From positions 1 to 58,799 of the forward strand of contig CAKZMZ010000259.1 of NCBI GenBank assembly GCA_937129345.1: a stretch of DNA of 58,799 nucleotides, given 5' to 3'. The position numbers and the translations under genes are program-made. The notes under the pieces were generated by a model. That model was not told where the DNA came from. It made no database searches and worked only from the letters and a program-made list of their open reading frames with translations. Source of the DNA: an uncultured Thalassovita sp. (GTDB lineage: Bacteria; Bacteroidota; Bacteroidia; Cytophagales; Flammeovirgaceae). This document shows, piece after piece, positions 20,182 to 29,982 of the stretch (position 1 is the stretch's first letter; each line of letters begins with the position of its first letter).

Positions 20182-21207
20182 TTATTGCCGTGTAATAAGC
20201 TTTTTTAATTGCCTATTGCCATAGCTCTTTTTCCTAATTTTATGCGTATTTTTACTAAAAACGGTAACGTATGATTTGGGATAATTTCGCATGATTCTTT
20301 TTATTGGTTTTCCAATACCAGCTACATTAGCAACAGAAGCAAGAAAATCGGCTTTTTCTGCATTTTCGCTTATTACTGTGGTAGCAACCCGTTCAGCAAT
20401 AGGCATACAGGTTAAAGGGTTAATGATGTGAGAATACCTTTTTCCATCCAACTCTAAAAAGCGGTATAAGTCTCCAGAAGTGGCTATAGCAGCATAGTTT
20501 AAGGATGCATACAAAGTGTCATTGCCTAGTCCTGAAATAATTTTCACATTCCAGGCTGTTTTCCCGGGTGGCGCTTTACCACAAAAAATATCACCGCCAG
20601 CATCAATCATGGTACTTTCCAAACCAGCAGCCTCAAAAATCTTAAAAGCCTCATCGGCGGCAAAACCCTTAGCAATACCACCAAAATCCAGTTTAATTTC
20701 AGGTTTGTCGAATACTACCGATTGAGTTTCAGAAATCAACTCAAAATTTGTTGATCCTGTGTTTTCTAATGCATGCGCTAAAGCAGCTTCTTCAGGAAAT
20801 TCCTTTCTCCTTTTAGCTCTTCTCCAAAGTTTGGTACAATTGCCTATGGTCACATCAAACAGCCCATTGGTATTTTCAGAAATGCGCTTAGCCTTTCGGA
20901 GCATATACCACAAATCATCACTCACTTTGTAAGGGGTTCCCGGCTTCTGTTTTTGTGCTAACTGGTTAATTTCACTTTCAGGGTGATAATCGCTCAAGAT
21001 ATCGTTTAACTCGGCTATTCTGTCAAAAGCTTTTTGAGCAGTCTGTGATGCCAAATCAGAGTCGTTTGCATAGCAAATAAATAGAAATTGGGAGCCCATC
21101 AAAGGCCTTTCAAATGTGTATGGTTGGCTATCTTGGCTAAATCCTGTCAGTGAGAAGGCTATGCTCAGCAATAAAAAATAAACTTTAGTGGGGTAGCATG
21201 ACAGCAT
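20182..21207 (-). CDS. apbE: FAD:protein FMN transferase
   Basis: LMGS, FDVTIG, LDFGGIAKGFAAD, DAGGD, ATSGD, YSHIINP. Confidence 0.93.
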   Translation of the reverse strand: MLSCYPTKVYFLLLSIAFSLTGFSQDSQPYTFERPLMGSQFLFICYANDSDLASQTAQKAFDRIAELNDILSDYHPESEINQLAQKQKPGTPYKVSDDLWYMLRKAKRISENTNGLFDVTIGNCTKLWRRAKRRKEFPEEAALAHALENTGSTNFELISETQSVVFDKPEIKLDFGGIAKGFAADEAFKIFEAAGLESTMIDAGGDIFCGKAPPGKTAWNVKIISGLGNDTLYASLNYAAIATSGDLYRFLELDGKRYSHIINPLTCMPIAERVATTVISENAEKADFLASVANVAGIGKPIKRIMRNYPKSYVTVFSKNTHKIRKKSYGNRQLKKLITRQ

Positions 21208-21261
21208 AAAAGATATTTGTAATTATTTTGGGGAATTCATTTTTCAATTAATACTCACAGA

Positions 21262-24200
21262 ATGAAAGGTAAATCAGAATGTAATAATTCCTTGAATTAT
21301 CAATTTAAAAAATCAACGAAATTATACTTAAGTATAATTTTGATTATACTGTTTAATGCTTGTAGCAGCACAGAAAAAGTAGAAAATGAGCCTCAGGAAC
21401 TATCTGAGCAAGAAAAGAGGGCCGTTGAAAATGCATTGGTTGGTTTCGACGTATATCCTGGCTTAGAGGCTACTTTATTTGCTTCAGAACCCATGGTGGT
21501 GAACCCTACCAATATGGATATTGATGCCAAGGGGAGGGTATGGGTATGCCAAGGCATTAATTATAGGCCCAGGTTAAATGTAGACAACGATACCATAGCC
21601 GCAGGAGACAAAATCGTTATTTTGGAAGATACCGACCAAGATGGGCATGCAGACGTGAGCAAGACCTTTTACCAAGGCCCAGATGTAAATGTAGCACTTG
21701 GTATCGCTGTTTTTGGAAATAAGGTAATTGTCTCAGCAAGTCCCAACATGTATGTTTTTACTGATGAGGATGGCGATGATAAGGCAGATAAAAAAGAACT
21801 GCTGTTTACGGGTATTGGTGGAAATCAAAACGACCATGGTTTACATGCGGTAACTTTTGGGCCAGATGGAAAATTTTATTTCAACTTCGGTAACGCAGGT
21901 AAGCAGATAAAGGACAAAAACGGTAATGCTATTAAAGATGCTGAAGGCAATATTATTAACAATAGTGGCAAGCCTTACAGAGAAGGTATGCTTTTTAGAT
22001 GCGATATAGATGGCTCGAACTTAGAAGTGATTGGCTATAATTTCAGAAATATTTACGAGCCCGCCGTAGACTCTTATGGTGCTATATGGCAGACAGACAA
22101 TGATGATGACGGCAACAAAGGCGTAAGGGTCAATTATATTGTAGAAAAAGGGAATTACGGTTATAAAGATGAGATAACGGGTGCCGGTTGGAAAACCATA
22201 AGAACTGGCATGCACGAGGAGATTCCAAAGCGACATTGGCATCAAAATAGTCCCGGCGTGATTCCTAATTTACTGTATACGGGAGCAGGTTCGCCCGCAG
22301 GACTGACAATCTACGAAGGGCAGTTGCTACCAGAGGTTTTTCAAGGAGAAATGATCCATGCAGATGCAGGCCCCAATGTGGTGAGGGCTTATCCAGTAAA
22401 AAAACAGGGTGCTGGCTTTGATGCATCTATTCAAAATATATTTAAAAGCACTTCTGATTCTTGGTTTAGACCTATAGATGTTTGTATAGCGCCTGACGGT
22501 TCTCTTTTTGTGGCCGATTGGTACGATCCAGGTGTAGGTGGACACCAAGCGGGAGACCAACAACAGGGAAGGATTTTCAGAATCGCTCCGCCAAATACAC
22601 CTTATAAGGTTGATAAAATAGATACGAGTAGCCCTGAAGGGGCGGTTAGTGCTTTAAAGAGTCCGAATGTGGCTACACGTTACATTGCTTGGCAAGCTTT
22701 AAAAAAGCAGGGAACGGCTGCTGAAGCTGCCCTTAATACTTTACTAGAAAGCGAAATAGCCTGGGAAAAAGCTAGGGCGTTGTGGCTTTTGGCTCATATT
22801 GAGGGTAAGGCAGGAAAATACATCAACATGGCTTTAGAAGATAGCGACGAAGACATTAGATTAACAGGTTTGCGAATCGCTAGAAGCATTGGATATGATG
22901 ATCTTGCCAAAGTAGTAGAAAAAGCCATTGAAGATGAAAGTGCGGCCATGAAGCGGGAAGCCGCTGTTACGTTCACCTATTTGCCCAAAAACACAATGCC
23001 TCAATTGTGGGCCAAATTAGCTGTAGATTACAAAGGGAATGATAGGTGGATGCTTGAAGCGCTTGGTTTAGCAGCAGATAGAAATGCTGATGCTTGTTAT
23101 GAAGCTTGGATGCAAGAAGTTGATAATGAATGGAATACGCCACAAGGGCAAGAATTGGTGTGGAGATTAAGAACCAAACAAACACTGCCTCATATTGCAA
23201 AATTATTGCAACATCCTGCCGCATCAAAAGAAATGTTAGACAAATATTTTAGGGCTCTGGATTTTCATCAGAAACAGCCTAAAGATGCATTGCTAACGCA
23301 AATGGCTGCATCCGAACATCCCCGAAAAGAATATATCAACGAATTGATTGTCAATCATATCAGTCCTGATGTATTGCTCTCTTCAAGCTCATTAAAAAAC
23401 ACTCTATATACAGTGCTCGAAAAGCATAAAGGCTCTATTGAGTATATCAATTTGGTAAAAAAATACCAACTCAATGATCAAAAAGACGAGTTGAAGAACA
23501 TTATGCTGAGCTCGGCAGGTAGTGAAATCGGCATAGAAGCTACTAGGATTTTAAGAAATCAGTATGGTTTAGATTATTTTGACGATTTGCTCACTTCTGA
23601 AGATGAAAGTGTAGTGACCAATACCATGACGGCCATGGCACATTTGGGCGATGATGAGTCTTGGAAATACATGAAAGAAATTGCAATGGATAAAAATGAA
23701 TCGCTAAATGTGCGAAAAAAGGCTATAGAGGCAATTGGCACAGGTTGGGTGGCAGAAGATAAACTATTGGCTATGTTGCAAAACGATCAAGTGCCCGATC
23801 CTTTGGTTGCCACTGCTGCCAATACGCTGCTTAGGGCGTATAAGGGCTCTGTAAGAAAAATAGCCGCACAGTACTTAGAAGGCGACGCCTCTGAAGATAT
23901 GCCAGATAAAGATACGATCTTAGCCATGGAGGGTTCTGTTTCTAACGGGAAAATGGTTTTCGAAAAGTTGTGTAGTACTTGCCACCAAGTAAATGGTGTT
24001 GGAGTAAGCTTTGGCCCTGATCTATCAGAAATTGGTGACAAACTCTCAAAAGATGGTTTTTATGCCGCAATTGTTTATCCGGATGCGGGTATCAATTTTG
24101 GCTATGAGGGCTATGTGGTCAATATGAAAGATGGTTCTCGCATAGTGGGCTACATAACCAGTAAAACGGAGAATGAAATGCAAATTAGGCAAATGGGTGG

Positions 24201-24363
24201 GATGAGCACTATCCTTGCCAGGGCAGATGTTGCAAGCATGGAGCAACTCGAGAATTCTTTAATGACCTCCGGTTTGTACAGGGCTATGTCAGATAAAGAA
24301 TTTGCAGATTTGATTTCCTATCTATCATCTTTGAAAGGAGGTGCTACTATAGCTGCGAATTGA
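21262..24363 (+). CDS. PVC-type heme-binding CxxCH protein (membrane-bound dehydrogenase domain, HEAT repeats, cytochrome c)
   Basis: Lipobox FNAC; LFASEPMVVNP, DHGLH, NFRN, FRPIDV...DWYDPGVGGH propeller; HEAT-like middle; CSTCH...FGPDLS heme motif. Confidence 0.92.
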   Translation: MKGKSECNNSLNYQFKKSTKLYLSIILIILFNACSSTEKVENEPQELSEQEKRAVENALVGFDVYPGLEATLFASEPMVVNPTNMDIDAKGRVWVCQGINYRPRLNVDNDTIAAGDKIVILEDTDQDGHADVSKTFYQGPDVNVALGIAVFGNKVIVSASPNMYVFTDEDGDDKADKKELLFTGIGGNQNDHGLHAVTFGPDGKFYFNFGNAGKQIKDKNGNAIKDAEGNIINNSGKPYREGMLFRCDIDGSNLEVIGYNFRNIYEPAVDSYGAIWQTDNDDDGNKGVRVNYIVEKGNYGYKDEITGAGWKTIRTGMHEEIPKRHWHQNSPGVIPNLLYTGAGSPAGLTIYEGQLLPEVFQGEMIHADAGPNVVRAYPVKKQGAGFDASIQNIFKSTSDSWFRPIDVCIAPDGSLFVADWYDPGVGGHQAGDQQQGRIFRIAPPNTPYKVDKIDTSSPEGAVSALKSPNVATRYIAWQALKKQGTAAEAALNTLLESEIAWEKARALWLLAHIEGKAGKYINMALEDSDEDIRLTGLRIARSIGYDDLAKVVEKAIEDESAAMKREAAVTFTYLPKNTMPQLWAKLAVDYKGNDRWMLEALGLAADRNADACYEAWMQEVDNEWNTPQGQELVWRLRTKQTLPHIAKLLQHPAASKEMLDKYFRALDFHQKQPKDALLTQMAASEHPRKEYINELIVNHISPDVLLSSSSLKNTLYTVLEKHKGSIEYINLVKKYQLNDQKDELKNIMLSSAGSEIGIEATRILRNQYGLDYFDDLLTSEDESVVTNTMTAMAHLGDDESWKYMKEIAMDKNESLNVRKKAIEAIGTGWVAEDKLLAMLQNDQVPDPLVATAANTLLRAYKGSVRKIAAQYLEGDASEDMPDKDTILAMEGSVSNGKMVFEKLCSTCHQVNGVGVSFGPDLSEIGDKLSKDGFYAAIVYPDAGINFGYEGYVVNMKDGSRIVGYITSKTENEMQIRQMGGMSTILARADVASMEQLENSLMTSGLYRAMSDKEFADLISYLSSLKGGATIAAN

Positions 24364-24384
24364 TATCGAAATTGTAGACTGTAT

Positions 24385-24420
24385 AAAAAGCAAGGTCTAT
24401 GAATTAGACCTTGCTTTTTT
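24385..24420 (+). terminator. Intrinsic terminator
   Basis: AAAAAGCAAGGTCTA-tgaat-TAGACCTTGCTTTTTT. Confidence 0.85.
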
Positions 24421-24568
24421 AATTTTTGATTGAGACTTGTATTTAAGCCCGCATAATTAAATTTGTACACTTGCCGACCAATAGCATTTAAAGCCTAAAG
24501 TAAGCTTCAATCATCATTCTTAGCATCGTAATTTTCCTCCATAGGTAAATTATTAAATCATAATTTTT

Positions 24569-25879
24569 ATGTCTACAGCAAATAGCAAAGCCACAAAAAA
24601 TAAAATTAGTTTATATACGGCCACATCCATAGTGGTGGCCAATATGATAGGCACTGGCGTTTTTACTAGCTTGGGTTACCAAATTATAGATATCAAATCT
24701 GTATTGCCTTTATTGGCATTATGGGTTGTTGGTGGAATTACCGCACTTTGCGGCGCTTTGTCTTATGGCGAATTGGCCGCTTGTATTCCTAGATCCGGCG
24801 GAGAATACCATTTTTTGAGAGAAATATACCATCCTTCTATTGGATTTGTAGCAGGCTGGGTTTCTGCTACTGTGGGTTTTGCAGCGCCTACGGCCTTGGC
24901 AGCTATGGCCTTAGGGAAATACGCCAACAGCGTACTCCCTCAACTCAATCCTACTTATTTGGCGGCTATTATTGTAATAGGCGTTTCTATTTTGCATGGT
25001 ACTAACAAAAGCTTTGGTAGTAAATTTCAGAACTTATTTACTACCATAAAAGTGATTTTGATAGGCCTGTTTATCCTCGCTGGTTTTTTTGTGGAAATTC
25101 CGCAAAATATTTCTTTACTTCCAGTAGAAGGAGATTTAGCCACGCTCTTTTCGCCAGCTTTTGCCGTTTCCCTCATCTTTGTTTCTTACGCCTACACAGG
25201 TTGGAATGCCGCCGCATATATAACAGGAGAGATGGAAAATCCTCAAATTAATGTGCCTAAAGCGCTTGCACAAGGGACTTTGCTAGTAATGATACTTTAC
25301 GTGCTCCTAAATTTTATTTTCTTGTATACTGCCTCCATGAGCAGTTTAGAAGGACAGGTGGAAATAGGTTATATTTCAGCCATTCAGATATTTGGTGAAA
25401 CAGGCGGTAAGCTCATGGGGCTAACTATCTCATTATTGTTGATTTCTACAGTGAGCGCTATGGTTTTTGCTGGCCCAAGGGTTATGCAGGTAATGGGCGA
25501 GGATTTAAAAGTTTTCAGGTTTCTATCAAAAACGAAGAATGGTATTCCACAAAACGCTGTGCTCTTTCAAGCTGTGCTTACCTTGGCTTTTATATTCTCC
25601 TCTTCATTTGATCAAGCACTAACTTTTGCTGGTTTTACCCTTAGTTTAATCACTTTTTTAACAGTAGCTGGACTTTTTGTATTTAGGATTAAGAAACCAA
25701 ACTTACATAGGCCTTTTAAAACGCCCGGTTATCCCTTTACTCCATTTATCTTTCTTTGTTTGGTGGGTTGGACGTTGGTCTTTATCCTAAGAGATAGGCC
25801 CGTTGAATCTACTGCAGGTTTGGTAACCGTACTAGTAGGTTTGATTATTTACTTCTTGGTAAACAAAAAAAGCGATTGA
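24569..25879 (+). CDS. APC family amino acid permease
   Basis: NMIGTGVF, YGELAACIPRSGGEY, YAYTGWN, RPFKTPGYP; about 12 TMs. Confidence 0.92.
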   Translation: MSTANSKATKNKISLYTATSIVVANMIGTGVFTSLGYQIIDIKSVLPLLALWVVGGITALCGALSYGELAACIPRSGGEYHFLREIYHPSIGFVAGWVSATVGFAAPTALAAMALGKYANSVLPQLNPTYLAAIIVIGVSILHGTNKSFGSKFQNLFTTIKVILIGLFILAGFFVEIPQNISLLPVEGDLATLFSPAFAVSLIFVSYAYTGWNAAAYITGEMENPQINVPKALAQGTLLVMILYVLLNFIFLYTASMSSLEGQVEIGYISAIQIFGETGGKLMGLTISLLLISTVSAMVFAGPRVMQVMGEDLKVFRFLSKTKNGIPQNAVLFQAVLTLAFIFSSSFDQALTFAGFTLSLITFLTVAGLFVFRIKKPNLHRPFKTPGYPFTPFIFLCLVGWTLVFILRDRPVESTAGLVTVLVGLIIYFLVNKKSD

Positions 25880-25897
25880 AATAAATCAATCGCTTTT
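25868..25897. terminator. Bidirectional terminator overlapping the permease stop codon
   Basis: AAAAGCGATTGA-aataaa-TCAATCGCTTTT. Confidence 0.75.
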
Positions 25898-25935
25898 GTA
25901 ATTGTTCTAGTTTAAATATCTTCCTCTAACTAGTA

Positions 25936-27279
25936 TTAATTACTAGGTCGTTTTCTCACTTGTGTACTTACGCCAACCCAGCAGCCTACAGAGATAGACT
26001 CGCCTTCTTGCATACCCATGGTAAAGATATCTTGTACTGAAGGGAATTGCTCTCTTGCTTGTGCCATTTTAGAAGAATTACCAGCTTTAGCATACATGTC
26101 ATATGCTGCTAAAAATACGGCACGGGCTTTTACTGGATTAGGATCTGAACATTCAGAACTGCTTCTCATATACAAATCGCCTATTAATTCATAAGCTTTT
26201 GGTGCAATGCTCTCATGCGATTCTATGGCTTTCATGGCCTCTTTTCTAGACTCGATTTTTTTACCTTGAACACTTTTAAATAAAGCGATATCGTAAGCAA
26301 GTTCAGCTTGCTTTTCAGGATCGTCTTCTGCCAATTCTATCGCCTTTCTTTTCCACTCAATAGCCGTATCGTAGTCTTTTTCTATTTGATATTTTTGGGC
26401 GATGGTTCCTGCCAAACCTGCAGTAGGCTCTACAGCAAATACATTTTCAGCAGCTTTTAAGAAAAGAGGGTCATCAGTACACTTATCGTTGAGCATGTAT
26501 TTAATGGCTCTCTTGGCTGTTTTAATATCATCAGGATTGTTCATTATTTTATCACCCATTTTCTCGCGAACAAAGTTACAATCGATGGTAACTGCTTTAG
26601 ACAAAAGATCATCTATTTTATCTTGCAGATCAATCCACTTATCTTGCTCAGCACCCTTGGTAGAACTGATGTTCTCTTGAATTTTTTCAGAAATATCTTC
26701 GTATTGGGTAAGAACTTCATCTTGAGTCATTTTCTTTCTTGCCTTTAGGTTTACTATAGACAGCATCAAGAAAGTGAAATTAGAGCGCGAAGAATTCTTG
26801 CCATTTAACTCGTAAGACCTCTTGTACACATCGTACATTTTTTTCCACTTGTCGGGGTCTTTTCTGTCTTTGTAGTAGAAGTATACTTTACGGCCTTTTC
26901 TTTCTATTACGTCGGCCTCTTCACCAAAATATTTGATACGGTCATCGTAAAGTGTAAGTACCTTATCTTGATAAGTAAGTATTTTTTCTTGATCTTTACC
27001 TCCTTTTTCTTCTTTTTTTATGAGCTCCTCATAAAGGTCAACACCTTTAATGTAAAGACCTACATTAAGGTTAGGTGTATTCTCAAGAAGCCAATTAAAA
27101 GGGGCAACGGCATTGTCGTAGTCTTTTAATTGAAGACCATCAGAAAAGAGTGCATATTTTTCTTTAGCTGTACCTGGGTCGGCGCCCCAGCACCAGCCGT
27201 CTTCGCAGCCATCACTTTGGGCGAAGGCTATTTGAGAGAAAAGAAACGTTATTAACGCTAACAGAGGAAGTGTTTTCAT
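25936..27279 (-). CDS. Periplasmic tetratricopeptide-repeat protein of the Bacteroidota coaX-OMP-TPR locus
   Basis: Signal peptide AFA-Q; helical repeats; conserved C-terminus AYELIGDLY...FPSVQDIF...VGCWVG. Confidence 0.85.
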   Translation of the reverse strand: MKTLPLLALITFLFSQIAFAQSDGCEDGWCWGADPGTAKEKYALFSDGLQLKDYDNAVAPFNWLLENTPNLNVGLYIKGVDLYEELIKKEEKGGKDQEKILTYQDKVLTLYDDRIKYFGEEADVIERKGRKVYFYYKDRKDPDKWKKMYDVYKRSYELNGKNSSRSNFTFLMLSIVNLKARKKMTQDEVLTQYEDISEKIQENISSTKGAEQDKWIDLQDKIDDLLSKAVTIDCNFVREKMGDKIMNNPDDIKTAKRAIKYMLNDKCTDDPLFLKAAENVFAVEPTAGLAGTIAQKYQIEKDYDTAIEWKRKAIELAEDDPEKQAELAYDIALFKSVQGKKIESRKEAMKAIESHESIAPKAYELIGDLYMRSSSECSDPNPVKARAVFLAAYDMYAKAGNSSKMAQAREQFPSVQDIFTMGMQEGESISVGCWVGVSTQVRKRPSN

Positions 27280-27344
27280 AATTGTGCTCAGTTTAATTAA
27301 TTATTTATCCTTTAATCAATCCATCAATTGATTGCATTTACTTG

Positions 27345-27716
27345 TTAACCTGGGAAATATTTATCCCTTAACTTTTTTATTTCTTGTATTTTGTTGTTGT
27401 ATTTTTCGATTGTTACTTGATTTTCTCCTTGCCTTTTTTCGTACTCGATTAAGGCTTCACAGAGCCATTCTCCTTTAATATATAAATCCTTATTTAGCTG
27501 AGGTACGTTTCCTACCAACCAGTCAAATGCAACTTCAGATCTCTTAAAATCCCCTAAGGGAAGGCCATCAGCAAATAAGGCATATTTTTCTTTGGCTTTT
27601 CTAGGTTCATTTCCCCAACACCAATCGTTCTCACAGTTAATTCTTTGCGCAGTTACTATCTGAGAAAGCAAAACGCCATTTAAAATTAAAGCAAAAATTA
27701 GAATTGGTGCGCGCAT
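27345..27716 (-). CDS. Short secreted paralog of the N-terminal domain of the adjacent TPR protein
   Basis: Signal peptide VTA-Q; ungapped similarity CENDWCWG..AKEKYALFADGL..WL..N.P.LN..LYIKG..KYF to 25936..27279. Confidence 0.85.
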   Translation of the reverse strand: MRAPILIFALILNGVLLSQIVTAQRINCENDWCWGNEPRKAKEKYALFADGLPLGDFKRSEVAFDWLVGNVPQLNKDLYIKGEWLCEALIEYEKRQGENQVTIEKYNNKIQEIKKLRDKYFPG

Positions 27717-27732
27717 GGTTAAATAATTTAAG

Positions 27733-29025
27733 TTAATTTATCCTTCTTCTTACAAACCACCTGTCATTTACCGTTAAGCCTAATTTAAATTGAACAAACT
27801 CTTCTGATATGTTTTCTGTATTGTCTCCCGCTTGGGTAACCCCATAAATAGCAGCAAAGTTTAAATTTGAAAAACCCCTATTTACCGGAAATGAGAAACC
27901 AATGCTGGCAGATAGCTTTTCAATTTGCTGTCCATCTAAGGTAAAAGGTATTTGCTCATACGATAGTCCACCGCGATAGGCAACACGCTTAAGATAGCTA
28001 GAAACCGAAGTAATATCGGGCACCCACTCGGCACCAAACCTATACGTGTAAGTATTGGACAGGCCTGTGGTTCCATTAAAGTCTTCATAATTTGACCAAG
28101 ACTGTCTTATAAAGTCGATGCCTATCAAATATTTGTATTTGTTTTCTATGCTCAAGCCAATGCCCAATTCTGCAGGCATAGTAATAGAACCATCTACATT
28201 GTTAAGCAAGGTGTCTCTCTGTTTGAGTTCTTGACTTGTAAAATAATTTCTTATGATTTCTTCGTGTTGCTTTACATTATAATCAGCACCAAAAGCATAG
28301 GTAGCGCCAAAATTAAGGATCATCTTTTCGCTGATTTTCCCAGAATAATTAATGCCGGGCTTAAATGAAAAGTCAGATACCACAGTCCTCTTTAAAAACT
28401 CTATATTCGATGAGCTTGATGCACCAGTAAGATTGCTAAAAGAAGAAGTACTAAGAGAACCAAAGTTGTAGATAATTTCAAGGCCCGCCGTAAATCCTTT
28501 GAACAATCTGAAGGCGTTGGCCCAATATACCTGATTAATGCCTCCCTCATATACATAAGAATATTCTACAAAAGTAGGTGCATCGGGAAGTTTCTCAGTG
28601 GTGTTTGTCTCGAAATTGACCAAACTGTAAGGCCTTAGTCCAGCGCCAGTTACCCAATTTCTATTTAGAGGGAACCCGAAGGAAATGTAATCTAGGTTAC
28701 CGCCAAAATCTTTCTGCTGTAACTCGCCCTCATTAACTGTTTTATATTCTGAAATTGCGCCAACATCAAAATAAGTATATGTATTATAGGCTAGGTTTGC
28801 AGGGTTGATCACATTACCATACAAAGGGTGCGGTGCACTTATGCCCATACCTCCCATGCCATCGTTTCTGATGTTTCCGGGGTTGATCACTTCGCCAACG
28901 CCGAGTACAGAAAAAGGTGAATTACCTCCTTGTGCCAAAACCATTGGAGCACTAAGTGTACAAAAAAAGGTTAGCAGTAAGTTTAATTTGACTTGTTTTA
29001 TATTTCTAGAAATCACTAATGACAT
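27733..29025 (-). CDS. Outer membrane beta-barrel protein (FadL/OmpP1-like)
   Basis: NSPFSVLGVGE...GMGG...NPAN; GLRPYS; C-terminal GLTVNDRWF; lies between coaX and the TPR gene. Confidence 0.85.
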   Translation of the reverse strand: MSLVISRNIKQVKLNLLLTFFCTLSAPMVLAQGGNSPFSVLGVGEVINPGNIRNDGMGGMGISAPHPLYGNVINPANLAYNTYTYFDVGAISEYKTVNEGELQQKDFGGNLDYISFGFPLNRNWVTGAGLRPYSLVNFETNTTEKLPDAPTFVEYSYVYEGGINQVYWANAFRLFKGFTAGLEIIYNFGSLSTSSFSNLTGASSSSNIEFLKRTVVSDFSFKPGINYSGKISEKMILNFGATYAFGADYNVKQHEEIIRNYFTSQELKQRDTLLNNVDGSITMPAELGIGLSIENKYKYLIGIDFIRQSWSNYEDFNGTTGLSNTYTYRFGAEWVPDITSVSSYLKRVAYRGGLSYEQIPFTLDGQQIEKLSASIGFSFPVNRGFSNLNFAAIYGVTQAGDNTENISEEFVQFKLGLTVNDRWFVRRRIN

Positions 29026-29082
29026 GAATAAAGTCGCTTTTTAAAAATAAAATATCAGACTAGTAAAAAAAGAGACATGATT

Positions 29083-29793
29083 TTAAATGCCTTCTAATAT
29101 TTTATTAAGCCCTATTAGCGTAAGGTGCTGATTTACAAAGATGGTAGCTTTTAAGCTACTTTCAAAAAAATTTGCGTCTCCACCACAAAAAATAACATTA
29201 ATTTGTCCAAATTTTTCTCGGTATTCTCTAATATTTCCTTCTAGCTCGTGTTTTATGCCAAAATAAACACCCGATTGCATACAGCTTTGAGTAGAGTTTC
29301 CAATAAAATTTGGTGCGCTCCCTAGTTCTACAGAAGGCAATGCATTGGTTAACTCATGCATCGCCCTGAACCTCAATAACATACCCGGCGAAATGCCCCC
29401 ACCTAGGTACTCTCCATGCTCGGTAATGAAATCATAAGTAATACAAGTGCCCAAGTCTACTACTAGGTTATGCTCGTTGGGATAAGTTTGCTTAGCACCT
29501 ACCGCAGCGGCAAGCCGATCCATGCCGAGCGTTTCTGGTGTTGCATATTTATTGGTTACAGGTAAGGGAGAGGCCTTATTTAGTATGTGTGTCGGATGCT
29601 TTATGCGAATATATTCAATTATCTTTTCAAATCGATTGTTAACACTGCATATTATTGCTTTTTCCAAGGGCATCCCCTTCAAAAAATTTATAAAAGAGGG
29701 TAGTTCTGTACCTTGCCAAAGTTCAGTCAGGGCTCCATCTTTAAATAAACCTGCTTTTACTCTTGTGTTACCGATATCTATAGTAAGGTTCAT
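29083..29793 (-). CDS. coaX: Type III pantothenate kinase
   Basis: IDIGNT, YATPETLGMDR, VDLGTCITYD, GGGISPG, CGGDA. Confidence 0.96.
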   Translation of the reverse strand: MNLTIDIGNTRVKAGLFKDGALTELWQGTELPSFINFLKGMPLEKAIICSVNNRFEKIIEYIRIKHPTHILNKASPLPVTNKYATPETLGMDRLAAAVGAKQTYPNEHNLVVDLGTCITYDFITEHGEYLGGGISPGMLLRFRAMHELTNALPSVELGSAPNFIGNSTQSCMQSGVYFGIKHELEGNIREYREKFGQINVIFCGGDANFFESSLKATIFVNQHLTLIGLNKILEGI

Positions 29794-29982
29794 GAGAATT
29801 AATGTTTTGGCAACTTATAACTTGATGATGCTTTTGAGGCTGTCGAATCTTTACATATTATGTAAAAAAATGATTCAATTCTTAATAAGTGCTTTAAATA
29901 GACCATACGCAGTATTTAGTTTTATGAATCAACATCAGTTTGTTTATTTTTATGGCATAAAATTCAGTTATTGTCAGATAGC

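Noticed and set aside
24334-24363. C-terminal KGGAT of the PVC heme protein as an ApbE flavinylation site
   Set aside because: Does not match Dxx[S/T]GA[S/T]
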